Shown one piece after another: positions 9,520 through 18,456 of a stretch of 64,000 nucleotides of DNA (positions are counted from its first letter, which is position 1; each line of letters begins with the position of its first letter). The translations under genes were made by a program, and so were the position numbers. Source of the DNA: a virus; IMG/VR virus record IMGVR_UViG_3300042934_001067, positions 64,001-128,000 of that record; one strand, written 5' to 3'. A model generated the notes under the pieces. It was not told the DNA's origin. It did not search any database and was given only the letters and a program-made list of their open reading frames with translations.

Positions 9520-11250
9520 CTACGCCACCAGGGACACGGTTACCGTTTCGCCGTCGTGGCGCAGCACCAGGGACTCATCACTGCGGGTGTAGCGGGCGCC
9601 CGCCCGCACCATGCCTGCCACCATGCCCACCACGTAATCGCGGTCCTCGGTGCTCACGCTGTTGTCCATCCCCCGCACCACCCGCACCGCGAGCCGGTCA
9701 CGGTGCGGCGTGACGTCGTCGGCGAGCGCCATGGCCGCACCCTCGGACGCGTTCAGGGTGCTCACGGGCGCGGGCGCGTCGGCGGGCTGCTGCGGCTCCT
9801 CGGCGGGGGCGGCGGCGCGGTCGGGCTTGCTGTCCTCGACCCAGTAGCCGTGCTCGGTACCGTCCGAACCGCACCCCTCGCACCCCTCGCCCTCACTGTC
9901 GATGATGTGGCGGCCCACCAGGACGTCAACGGCGTCACGCGCGTCCGACTCGTCGTCGTAGGAGTCGAACGCCCCCTCACGCTCAAAGCGGATCTTGTAG
10001 CGGTGGTTCGTGCATCCGTCGCTGTCGCCCTCGTGCTCCTCACACTCCTCGGCGCCACTCTCGTCGGCGGGCGCCGGGCGCCGTGGCACGTAGCGACGCT
10101 CGCACGTCTGGCCGTCGTGCGGGTCGGTGTCGCTCATGACGATCACGCCATCCGGGCCCTTGCGGAAGTCGAGTCCCTTGGCAATGCGCGACTTCAGCAC
10201 ACGGCACACCCATTCGGCGTCCCGGGTGTAGCGGGGCTCAGGCTCCCCGTTGCTGAACACGTCGTACCACTCCGCGTCAACGGCGTACGCGGCGCCGCCC
10301 TCGATGCTCTCGCCGGTGTTCGTGATGCGGTGCGCGCCCGACGGCATGCCCTTGTCGGTGGGGGTCTCCTCGGCGTCGTCGTCGGACAGCGCGGCGCCGC
10401 ACATGCTCAGCTCAGTGCACGCCTGCCCGGACTCGGCGCCGCACCCCTCGCACGGCTGCCTCTCGGCGGCCGGGCTCCCGTTCAGTTCTCCCAGGTAGGA
10501 AATTGTCACCTCGGGCTTCGGCGTGCGGTGCGTACGGCGCCAGTGCGCCGCAGCCTCACGCACGGCCTCCTCGCTGTCCGCTGCGAGGTACCTTTCACCG
10601 GCCGCGTAGCCGTAGTGCGCGGGCCACGTGGCATGCACCCAGTGGCCCGCGCCGCCCTCCTCGGCCCGCTGCAAGGCGCCGTCGATGGCCGCGTGAATGC
10701 GGGTTTGCTCCTGCGCCCAGCCGTTGGGGAAAATGGGGCGCTGCGGGACGAGCCAGATGGGGCACGGCTCGCCCGCGCCGTCGAAACCGGGGTCGGTGAC
10801 GCCCGCACCGTCGATCCGGATGAGACCGCTGTCCCCGACGGTAACGGCGAAACCCTTGCGACGGGCGGCGGCGATGCGGAGCCGGACCGACGCGGCGTTC
10901 TCGTCGCACAGCTTGCGGGCCCAGCCGAAACCGTTGGCACCCGTGTGGCAGGCGTACATAACCGACTCGACGTCGACCGCCGGGGGCTCCTCGGTCGGCT
11001 TCTCGCGGACCAGGGCGACCGCGTCGGCGGTGAGGTAGGTACGGGTGACGGTGCGCACCGGCTTCCCCGTCTCGTAGTCCCGGACGGTGACGACTTCCAC
11101 CCGCTCGGCCATGCTGCGCTTCTTCAGCGCCTCGACGGTGCGGGGGTTGGCGGAGCCGGGGCGGATCTCGTAGCGCCCCTCGTCGTCGGGACCGGCCTCG
11201 ACGGCGGCGCGGATGGTGCGGATCATCGGCTCACTGAGCTTTGCGGCCAT
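9520..11250 (-). CDS. Mosaic hypothetical protein (MAAKLSEP...), N-terminal wHTH-like module
   Basis: ATG 11250 after AAGGAG. Confidence 0.8.
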   Translation of the reverse strand: MAAKLSEPMIRTIRAAVEAGPDDEGRYEIRPGSANPRTVEALKKRSMAERVEVVTVRDYETGKPVRTVTRTYLTADAVALVREKPTEEPPAVDVESVMYACHTGANGFGWARKLCDENAASVRLRIAAARRKGFAVTVGDSGLIRIDGAGVTDPGFDGAGEPCPIWLVPQRPIFPNGWAQEQTRIHAAIDGALQRAEEGGAGHWVHATWPAHYGYAAGERYLAADSEEAVREAAAHWRRTHRTPKPEVTISYLGELNGSPAAERQPCEGCGAESGQACTELSMCGAALSDDDAEETPTDKGMPSGAHRITNTGESIEGGAAYAVDAEWYDVFSNGEPEPRYTRDAEWVCRVLKSRIAKGLDFRKGPDGVIVMSDTDPHDGQTCERRYVPRRPAPADESGAEECEEHEGDSDGCTNHRYKIRFEREGAFDSYDDESDARDAVDVLVGRHIIDSEGEGCEGCGSDGTEHGYWVEDSKPDRAAAPAEEPQQPADAPAPVSTLNASEGAAMALADDVTPHRDRLAVRVVRGMDNSVSTEDRDYVVGMVAGMVRAGARYTRSDESLVLRHDGETVTVSLVA

Positions 11251-11293
11251 GGTGTCGCTCCTTGTGGTGGCTGTTCTTGGCGGGAACGGCACC

Positions 11294-11323
11294 AACGTAA
11301 TGCATATCGATGTGCATTGGAAG
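11294..11323 (-). promoter_or_regulatory. Promoter/operator cassette copy 5
   Basis: CTTCCA-ATGCACATCGATATGCAT-TACGTT. Confidence 0.85.
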
Positions 11324-11508
11324 TGATTCGCTGAAGAATCTTTCCGGGCATGCGAACGGGGCAGGAGCGGGCACGTAGCCCTGTCTCCTGCCCCGTTCTT
11401 CCCCGCCGTGGCTACCGTCTAGGCGCCCCCTCTCCTGTCGTGGCCGTCGACCCTAGTGCGGGCGCGTGGGCCGCTTCGGTCGACGCGGTCGGCGCGGGTG
11501 GCTCATGG

Positions 11509-11766
11509 TCACCTCCTCGGCGGGTGGAGGATGACGCCGGGCGCGTGGCCGGGCATCGGTCCGTCGTCGGGGTTGGGCGCCTGCTCGCACTCGGTGCCGT
11601 TGCGTCCCACGGTCCAGGCGTCGCCGTCGGCGGCCAGCTCCATGGCGTCGCCGCAGTGCTGGCACACGCTCCGCTTCGGGTAGCCGTCGGGGTCGGGCTC
11701 CGGCGGCGCCGGGGCGGGGCCCTGCACGGTGGGCAGTGCGGACGGGGGCGGGATGAACGGAATCAT
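11509..11766 (-). CDS. Small Cys/His protein (MIPFIPPP...)
   Basis: GAGGAGG before ATG 11766. Confidence 0.65.
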   Translation of the reverse strand: MIPFIPPPSALPTVQGPAPAPPEPDPDGYPKRSVCQHCGDAMELAADGDAWTVGRNGTECEQAPNPDDGPMPGHAPGVILHPPRR

Positions 11767-11788
11767 CGGACAGCCTCCTCGCGGGAGT

Positions 11789-12793
11789 TCAGTGCAGGAC
11801 CAGGCTGCGCATTCCGTAGCCGCGCAGGGGATAGCGGTCCTCGAACAGCTCGGACGTGTGGTCGCATCCGGGGCAGGAGTCGCGGCCGGTGCCGTAGTCA
11901 TGGGCGCACCGCGTGCCGTACAGGGCGCGCGCCATGGCCTTGACGGCGACGTCTGCGCGGTGCCCGGTCCAGACGGCGGGGTCGGGGGGCGTGATCCATC
12001 CGGCGTCCGGGGCGGGCGTGACGGTGACGCGGTAACGGCCGTTGTCGTCGAGGTCGAGGCGGACGTCACGGCTGAAGTGGTGGAAGATCCACGCGACCGG
12101 CGGCCGGTACTCATCCCGGGGGCCGTCGGCCTCGATCACGGCCAGGCGGAACGGGGCTCCGGGGGTCTGGTCGCACAGGTCGGCCCAGACGGCGTCAGCG
12201 TGCCCCAGAGCGTTCACCGCGTCGTGGTCGAGGGGGAACGGCGTGCCAGGGGTGGTGTGTTCAGGCTCGGGCGCCCAGGACGGCCGGAACTCCGGCGCGA
12301 AGTAGATGCGGGCGCCGTCCTGCTCGGCGTAGCCGCCCAGCTTGCTGAACACCTGGAACGGGATGTTGACCCAGGTCGAACCCGTGTGGTTGGCGTCGTG
12401 GAACTGCTTGGGCGAGGTGTGCGGAAGGCGAACCCGCTCGATGTACGGGCGCCCCATGAGGGTGACGCCTGCGATCCAGCCGGACGCCTTACCCTGGGCT
12501 CGTCCGGCCAGGCTGAGGATGATTTTCAGGTACTCATCCGGGATGATCAGCCGCTCACGCTCGCGGAGCGCCTCGGCGGCGGCGCGGCCGTCCTCGGTCA
12601 GGAAGTAGTGTCCGCGCTCCTCGTCGGCCGTGGCCAGGCCCTGAGCGACCAGCCGCGCGCCGTCGGGGGCGTGCACGTTGCCGCTCTTGACCTCAAGGGC
12701 GGCCAGAAGGGCCGAGTCCTCCAGGGCGTCAGCGTCCGTGAACGGCGGCTCCATCTCGGCGTCGGTCGGCGCCTGAGCGTCGGTGGTGTCCAT
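11789..12793 (-). CDS. Hypothetical protein, 334 aa, wHTH-like module
   Basis: ORF track; codon bias. Confidence 0.75.
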   Translation of the reverse strand: MDTTDAQAPTDAEMEPPFTDADALEDSALLAALEVKSGNVHAPDGARLVAQGLATADEERGHYFLTEDGRAAAEALRERERLIIPDEYLKIILSLAGRAQGKASGWIAGVTLMGRPYIERVRLPHTSPKQFHDANHTGSTWVNIPFQVFSKLGGYAEQDGARIYFAPEFRPSWAPEPEHTTPGTPFPLDHDAVNALGHADAVWADLCDQTPGAPFRLAVIEADGPRDEYRPPVAWIFHHFSRDVRLDLDDNGRYRVTVTPAPDAGWITPPDPAVWTGHRADVAVKAMARALYGTRCAHDYGTGRDSCPGCDHTSELFEDRYPLRGYGMRSLVLH

Positions 12794-12827
12794 GCGGCGG
12801 GTCCCCTCGTGGTGGTGGGTCGGGTGG

Positions 12828-12897
12828 TGGAGAGCGCCCCGGGCCGGAGTCGAACCGGACCCGAACCGCCACGCCCCTCGCGGGGGCGGGCCGGGGC
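12828..12897 (-). ncRNA. tRNA-like structured element A
   Basis: GCCCCGG/CCGGGGC closing stem, internal hairpin, CCGG-TTCGACT-CCGG T-arm, trailer GCTCTCCA. Confidence 0.55.
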
Positions 12898-12904
12898 TGT
12901 GGTG

Positions 12905-13651
12905 CTACTCGGCGAGCAGCTCGGCGCGGACGTACGCCCAGTTGATCGCGTCGAAGCCTTCGGAGGCGTCGCGGCCGTCGGCGGCCTCGCTCAAACTGTC
13001 CCGAATCAGGGCGATGGTGTGGCGGTCGTCGGCCGAACGGTGGGCGCGGGGGCCGAAGACCACCGGGCGGAGGTGGTCGCGCAACTCGTCCTCACCGGCG
13101 CGCGCAGCGTTGCGGGCGTCCTCAATGAACGTTCCGTCGTTGGTGATCCACACGGCAACCGAGTGCGTGGCGAAGTTCTGGCCGTCGTACGGGCCGCCCT
13201 CGACGCGGCGCGGCGTAGCGGCCTGGTGGCGGTTGGCCAGGCGGAAGGCGGCGCGACGGACCTCAATGGGGAGGGACTCGTCGTTGATCTTGGCCCTGTT
13301 GGCCTCGACCTTTTCAGGGGTGGAGAGAATCGGCCGCTCGACGCACAGCAGGTCACCGCACCGGAGCAGGTCCGTGGAGCCGTCGGCGTAGAACACCTCG
13401 GCCGTGCCGGGGTCGGCGTCCTTGGCCCACTCAACGCGGATGATGTCCTTGAACTTGTCCAGGTGGCCGTGAGCGTCCTGGCCCCGTCCGCTCTCGGGCT
13501 TGCGGGCAGTACCGGCCGCAGTGCGGGTGATCATGTGGGGGATCCTGTCGGCGTCCACGCCCTTGAGGCCGTCGATACGCAGGTGTCCGGGGGCGGTGTT
13601 GCCGCTGGCGGCAACGGCCTCGGCGGGGGTCAGGTAGTCGAAGATGCTCAC
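12905..13651 (-). CDS. Hypothetical protein (VSIFDYLTP...)
   Basis: GTG 13651 after GAGGAG. Confidence 0.75.
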   Translation of the reverse strand: MSIFDYLTPAEAVAASGNTAPGHLRIDGLKGVDADRIPHMITRTAAGTARKPESGRGQDAHGHLDKFKDIIRVEWAKDADPGTAEVFYADGSTDLLRCGDLLCVERPILSTPEKVEANRAKINDESLPIEVRRAAFRLANRHQAATPRRVEGGPYDGQNFATHSVAVWITNDGTFIEDARNAARAGEDELRDHLRPVVFGPRAHRSADDRHTIALIRDSLSEAADGRDASEGFDAINWAYVRAELLAE

Positions 13652-13678
13652 GGGTGTTCTCCTCGGTAGGCGGGATGG

Positions 13679-13746
13679 TGGGGAGCGCCCCGGTCGGGCA
13701 TCGAACCCGGCTCGGGCCGCCCCGCCCGTGTGGGCGGGGCCGGGGC
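13679..13746 (-). ncRNA. tRNA-like structured element B
   Basis: Same architecture as element A: GCCCCGG/CCGGGGC, hairpin, CGGG-TTCGATG-CCCG, trailer GCTCCCCA. Confidence 0.55.
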
Positions 13747-13752
13747 CGTCTG

Positions 13753-14379
13753 TCAGTCGTCGTGGTCGGCCATGGCGTACTCGTCGAAGCGGTCGGCGCC
13801 GAACAGCGTGCGCAGGCCCTCGGCCATCTTCACGTTTTCGCTGTAGGTCTCGCGGGGCATCCAGTTGGCGGGGTCCGTGGCGAAGTCGCTCGCCCAGTCC
13901 TCGAAGTTGTCGGCGTAGTAGGCGGTCGCCGACTGGCGGACCAGCATGCCCACGGTCTCGACCAGCTCCGGCGCGTCGCCCTCCTCGCCGCCGTGCTTGA
14001 CGGTCTGGGTGTAGGTGCGGCCGTCGTAGGCAAGCGTGACGCGGTACTCGCGGTGCACCCAGCCCTCGGCGTCGGCGCCCATGGCGATCAGCTCGGAGGT
14101 AAGGGTGACACCGTCGCGGCGCAGCAGCAGGGACAGGGGGAGGTCGGAAACCTTGCCGCCGATCTGACCGTCGGCCGGGTACTGCTCGCGGGTCCACTCG
14201 TCGCAGGCGGCCTCGAACGCCTCCTGGGTGCGCTCGATGGCGGGTCCCTGGGTCCTGCCGTCGTCGCTGATGTGCCAGACGTTGACGACCGCGCCGGTGT
14301 TGGTGCTGATGTACTCGCCGCCGTCCCAGGTGAAGGTGAGGCCGGTGCGGTACTGCGGGGTGTAGATGAAGGCGGGCAT
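13753..14379 (-). CDS. Hypothetical protein
   Basis: SD GAGGAG; ORF track. Confidence 0.8.
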   Translation of the reverse strand: MPAFIYTPQYRTGLTFTWDGGEYISTNTGAVVNVWHISDDGRTQGPAIERTQEAFEAACDEWTREQYPADGQIGGKVSDLPLSLLLRRDGVTLTSELIAMGADAEGWVHREYRVTLAYDGRTYTQTVKHGGEEGDAPELVETVGMLVRQSATAYYADNFEDWASDFATDPANWMPRETYSENVKMAEGLRTLFGADRFDEYAMADHDD

Positions 14380-14421
14380 GCTGGTCTCCTCGGTCGTTCT
14401 TCCCTGGCGGGCTCAAGAAGG

Positions 14422-14451
14422 AATCTAATGCATATCGATGTGCATTGTCTA
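14422..14451 (-). promoter_or_regulatory. Promoter/operator cassette copy 6
   Basis: TAGACA-ATGCACATCGATATGCAT-TAGATT. Confidence 0.9.
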
Positions 14452-14514
14452 GCCGGTTCCGGGATCCCTTCCCGGACGGGCGCGCCCCAGCCGTCGGGGC
14501 GCGCCCAGGGTGGC

Positions 14515-15861
14515 CTACTGGGGCCGGTCGTGCTTGCGGAACTTGTAGGCGGAGGTGACGGAAATCCTCTGGCCGCACTCGGGGCAGGTGCCGCGCTTGC
14601 TGTACAGGCGGCGCTCGCCCTCCGTCATGTGCTTGTACGCGTCCGTGCGCGAGCCGGGGCACTCCGTCTCCGGCGCCTGCCGCTCGGTCCATTCCGTGGG
14701 CGCGTCGGGGTAGCACTTCGTGCACATGATTGCCTCGGTGCCCGCCGTGGCGTCCCTGATCACCCGCTGGTACGCCTCGCGCCATTCCATGCCGGAGACC
14801 TCGGGAAGCCAGCGCAGTGGCGTACTGGGGCCGATGCTCGGGCAGTTACGGCCGGTGTGAACGTGCCCGCCGTCGGACAGGCACAGGTGCATACGCGACC
14901 AGCCGCCCCGGCGGCGGAACTCGCCGTCGAGGATGGCGAGGGGGCCGTCCATGACGATGCGCAGTTCCATGCGCAGGGAGTCGAGGAGACGGACGGCCGC
15001 GCGGAGCTGCTTCGTGTAGGCCCCGGGCGCCGTGAGCCCCTCGCGCACACGGGTCATCTTGTCGGGGAGGTAGCCACTGGCCAGGTGCTCGCGGGCGGTG
15101 CGCTCGGCCTTGTCGAACGACGTTGGCCAAACCTGACGATAGCCTCGGCCGTACCGCTCTCTCGTCTTGCGCCAGAGGAGCGCGCGATACACGCCGTCGG
15201 TGGCCTTCTCTGTCTCGGCGGCGAGCCGGGACAGTTCGTCGGCAAGGACGGCGTTGTACCGGTCGACCTCGACCGCCGTGAGGTTCGTGAGCTGCTCGGG
15301 CCGGACAGCAAGCGTTTCGGCGAGGGTGGGCACGACGGCCGGGGCGGGCTGCCCGGGCGGCAGGATGCGGAAGCTGTGACCGTCCTCGGAGGTGAGGATC
15401 TCACCATTGGTCATGGCCTCCATGCTGGCCTTCATGATGTCGTAGTGGCCGCCGAGCCCGTGCCTTCCCAGGATGGACGACGCGAAGTACTCCGCCTGAT
15501 GGCCCGTCGTGGCCTCGTCGACGGTGGCCCCGTGGCCGACGGTGACCCAGTCGAGACCCTGGGGCGGGCGGACCTGAGCACGGTAGTCGGTGGCCGGGGC
15601 CTCGACACCCAGGCGGCTCCTGCGCTCCTCGGGGACGAGGGCCATCAGGGTCGTCTTCTTCGTGCGGCGCTCGTACTCCTCGCCCGTCCTGGTGTTCACC
15701 TCGTAGATCTTGAGGAACTTTGGCGACGCGTTTTCAATCTTCACGATCTGGTAGACGCGGCCGTAGTTGTACATGAGCTGATCGCCGGGCTTCAGGTCCT
15801 TGGCCGGGACGGCCGGGACCCGGCCGACGGCCTGGAGGTGGATCGTCTGGGACTCCTGCAT
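14515..15861 (-). CDS. Actinophage-type Cys/His-rich hypothetical protein, 448 aa
   Basis: GHVH...C...WLPEVSG...CTKCYPDAP...CPGS...CPECG. Confidence 0.8.
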   Translation of the reverse strand: MQESQTIHLQAVGRVPAVPAKDLKPGDQLMYNYGRVYQIVKIENASPKFLKIYEVNTRTGEEYERRTKKTTLMALVPEERRSRLGVEAPATDYRAQVRPPQGLDWVTVGHGATVDEATTGHQAEYFASSILGRHGLGGHYDIMKASMEAMTNGEILTSEDGHSFRILPPGQPAPAVVPTLAETLAVRPEQLTNLTAVEVDRYNAVLADELSRLAAETEKATDGVYRALLWRKTRERYGRGYRQVWPTSFDKAERTAREHLASGYLPDKMTRVREGLTAPGAYTKQLRAAVRLLDSLRMELRIVMDGPLAILDGEFRRRGGWSRMHLCLSDGGHVHTGRNCPSIGPSTPLRWLPEVSGMEWREAYQRVIRDATAGTEAIMCTKCYPDAPTEWTERQAPETECPGSRTDAYKHMTEGERRLYSKRGTCPECGQRISVTSAYKFRKHDRPQ

Positions 15862-15896
15862 GGTCGTTCTCTCCTCCGTGGCGGGATGACGCGATC

Positions 15897-15926
15897 AACC
15901 TAATGCACATGGATATGCATTGTCTA
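15897..15926 (-). promoter_or_regulatory. Promoter/operator cassette copy 7
   Basis: TAGACA-ATGCATATCCATGTGCAT-TAGGTT. Confidence 0.9.
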
Positions 15927-15979
15927 GCCGGTGAGTGAAGGCGACGGCGCCGCCCCGGGGAAGGGACGGCGCCGGGCGG

Positions 15980-16228
15980 TCAACCGTCGCGCCGTCTCCA
16001 GGTGGTGACAGCCTCGGCGGCGGGGCCGGTGTGGTGGTGACGGGTGGTGCGGGCGGCGATGGCGGCCAGAGCGCCCCGGCCGGTCCCCTGCACGAGGGGC
16101 AGCGGGTCGGCGGCCCACACGGCCCCCGTGGCCCGCTCGCGGTGGTATCCGGCGTTCTGGTGCGGCTCCCGGTCGCACACCGTGCCGGGCCGGTCGGGAT
16201 GCTCGGCACCGCAGGTCTCGCCGCTCAC
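15980..16228 (-). CDS. Small Cys/His protein (VSGETCGAEHP...)
   Basis: GTGA coupling. Confidence 0.6.
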   Translation of the reverse strand: MSGETCGAEHPDRPGTVCDREPHQNAGYHRERATGAVWAADPLPLVQGTGRGALAAIAARTTRHHHTGPAAEAVTTWRRRDG

Positions 16229-16608
16229 ACGATCACCTTCGGCGCGAGGGCCTCGAACGCGCGGAGGGCGGCGAGCGCCTCGGGGTACCGCTCGAACTCC
16301 GGCCCGTACGCCTTGACGACCATCCGGCGTGCCCACTCCAGACGGGCGACGACGTCGCTACCGGCAAGGCTGTCCTCGTCGTACTCCTCGCCCTGCTGGA
16401 TGTAGTCAGCGACCCTGGTGATCAGCTCGACGCCGTGGTAGGTCAGCTCGTCGGCGACGGCCTTGCGGACGGCGCGGACGGACAGCTCCGCCCCCAGCTC
16501 CTCGTTCGAGTGGTACAGCGCCAGCGTCAGCGCGCGCAGGTCCATCCGGTGCTCGACGCGCACGGGGACCATCATGGCTCCGTCTTGCCGACGTCGGTAG
16601 ATGGTCAC
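16225..16608 (-). CDS. Hypothetical protein
   Basis: ORF track; coupled start. Confidence 0.75.
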   Translation of the reverse strand: MTIYRRRQDGAMMVPVRVEHRMDLRALTLALYHSNEELGAELSVRAVRKAVADELTYHGVELITRVADYIQQGEEYDEDSLAGSDVVARLEWARRMVVKAYGPEFERYPEALAALRAFEALAPKVIV

Positions 16609-17165
16609 CGGGCACTCTCCTCGGGAGTCGGCGCGGGCCGGTCGACCTGCTCGAACGGGTCGTCGGGGAACGGGTGCAGCGGCTGCTGTACGGGGTCAAA
16701 GCCGTGCCTTGAAGCGTGGTCTGCACGCATGACGAATACGCTCGTGGTCGAGTCCTCTCCCGGGTGCCCAAAGACGTAGTCATAGCAGGTGGAGCCCTTG
16801 CCGTGGTGGCGCTCGCGCAGGGGGGCGCAGGCGTACGAGGAGGCCCACTCGACGGCGGCGGCCCGGGTCGGCTCGACGCGCATCACGCCGTCATCCATGT
16901 CGCACACCAGCCACGGCACCCTGCCACCAGGGGCGCAGTACAGTTCACGGACCGTGCGGAGGTCCCCGTATTCCCGCGCCTTTTGCACACCGGTGGTGTC
17001 CTTGACGACCCAGAACGACGGCCGCGCGGCGCTGCCCCTCTGGAGGGTCGGCGAGTACGCCGGGGTGACCTCGTACCGGCCGTCGGTGGTGATGTAGCCG
17101 TATCCGTCGCGGGCACGCTTCAGTGTGCGGGGCTTGATCGGCTCGGGCAGCTTGCGCGTGCTCAT
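16605..17165 (-). CDS. Hypothetical protein (MSTRKLPEP...)
   Basis: ATGA coupling, SD AGGAG. Confidence 0.75.
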   Translation of the reverse strand: MSTRKLPEPIKPRTLKRARDGYGYITTDGRYEVTPAYSPTLQRGSAARPSFWVVKDTTGVQKAREYGDLRTVRELYCAPGGRVPWLVCDMDDGVMRVEPTRAAAVEWASSYACAPLRERHHGKGSTCYDYVFGHPGEDSTTSVFVMRADHASRHGFDPVQQPLHPFPDDPFEQVDRPAPTPEESAR

Positions 17166-18259
17166 GCGTGGCTCCTGGCGAGGTCCGCGACGGACGCGGT
17201 GGCGTGGTCGACGGCGGGACGGTGAAGGAGAAGGTACCGGTTGTCGAAACCGGTCTGCGTGCGCACGGGGCGGCCGTCGACCGTGGTGGAGTGGACGTGC
17301 ATGCTGGTGCGCTGGGGGTCGAGGGCGCCCGGCTGCTGATGCCAGATCTCGTCCACGGTGGCGACGTTGCTGTACGGGGTGCCCCAGGCGGCGATGACCG
17401 TGTCGCCGACGAGGAGTTCGGCGGCCGACCGCAGTTCGGCGGCGCGGGGCTCGGTGGCGTAGAGCAGGCCCTGACGGCCGGAGTCCTCGACCTCGATGCG
17501 GTCGCCCGCGCGGCTGGCCCACGTGAGATGGCGGCCGGTGTGCGCGGACGCGGTGAGGACGGTCAGGCGCAGAGTGCGGCCGTCGGCGTGCCGGGTGACA
17601 GAGTCGACCTGGAGCCGTCCGCCGCCGGGCATGAGGATGACGTCCCTCCCGGCGAGCCGGTCGGCGGTGCGGGCGGGGACCGGGCGGCCGTCGGCGTACA
17701 GGTGCGGCATGTGTCCAGCGGGCAGGTAGACGTGCCAGCCGACGGAGCTGGCGTACGTCGTCGGCCTGACGATGGTCTCGATGCTGCGCGTGCTGAAGGT
17801 GCGGACCTCGGTGTGGCCGCTGGCGGTCGTCACGGCCTGCTGCCAGCTGTCGCCGGTGAACGTGTAGGCGCTGGCGCCGACGCCGAGCCGGTCGGCCGTG
17901 TAGGGCTGGCGGATGACGCGGTCGCCGACGGCCGGGGTCTCGGGGATCACGCAGCGCGGGATGACCGGCACCTGGTGCAGGGCGGCCCTGTCGGCGCGGA
18001 CGGCGTAGACGTAGACCGGCCGACCGGCATGGAACGGGAGACTCAGGGCGTGGCCGCCGTGGAGGTGGCGCACCGGCACGGTCATCAGCTCGGCGCCGTG
18101 CTCACGCCGGGGCGTCGGCAGGCCGGTGACAATGTGGCGGTCCCAGGAGCCGGAGGCCAGGACGTGGCCGGGCACCAGGTCTTCGACGAGCGGCGATTCC
18201 GTTTCCGCGTTCACGGAATGCAGCGCGTCCATGAGCTGGGAGAAATTCACGGGGTCCAT
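17162..18259 (-). CDS. Protein with repeated beta-barrel-like modules (xxLxxGDxV)
   Basis: ATG 18259 after AGGAG. Confidence 0.7.
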   Translation of the reverse strand: MDPVNFSQLMDALHSVNAETESPLVEDLVPGHVLASGSWDRHIVTGLPTPRREHGAELMTVPVRHLHGGHALSLPFHAGRPVYVYAVRADRAALHQVPVIPRCVIPETPAVGDRVIRQPYTADRLGVGASAYTFTGDSWQQAVTTASGHTEVRTFSTRSIETIVRPTTYASSVGWHVYLPAGHMPHLYADGRPVPARTADRLAGRDVILMPGGGRLQVDSVTRHADGRTLRLTVLTASAHTGRHLTWASRAGDRIEVEDSGRQGLLYATEPRAAELRSAAELLVGDTVIAAWGTPYSNVATVDEIWHQQPGALDPQRTSMHVHSTTVDGRPVRTQTGFDNRYLLLHRPAVDHATASVADLARSHA

Positions 18260-18456
18260 AAACGGGACTCCTGACGGTGAGGATGTGGCGGGATCCTTAC
18301 GCGGCGGGCTGCTCACGCTACGCATCTCCGATTGGCGGCCGGAGGACGAGATGAAAACAACTCGCTGACAAGAGCGACTTTTCCATACGGGTTGCGTTAG
18401 CGCAACCCCTGTGCGAGAGTCTTCCCTGTCACCACCACCCGCCGAGGAGACACACC

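Noticed and set aside
12667-12677. Self-target of the 20-nt spacer (GGGGCGTGCAC shared)
   Set aside because: 11-nt match is expected by chance in GC-rich DNA; manual search was not exhaustive
12828-12897. Canonical tRNA genes at 12.8 and 13.7 kb
   Set aside because: Only one internal hairpin, no 7-nt anticodon loop or D-loop, CCA misplaced
1237-15926. Palindromes as integron- or dif-like recombination sites
   Set aside because: Exact placement between -35 and TANNNT in all copies favours an operator; arms are short for tyrosine recombinase sites; not fully excluded
14515-18259. Inteins suggested by xxLxxGD motifs
   Set aside because: No N-terminal Cys block, TxxH or HN terminus
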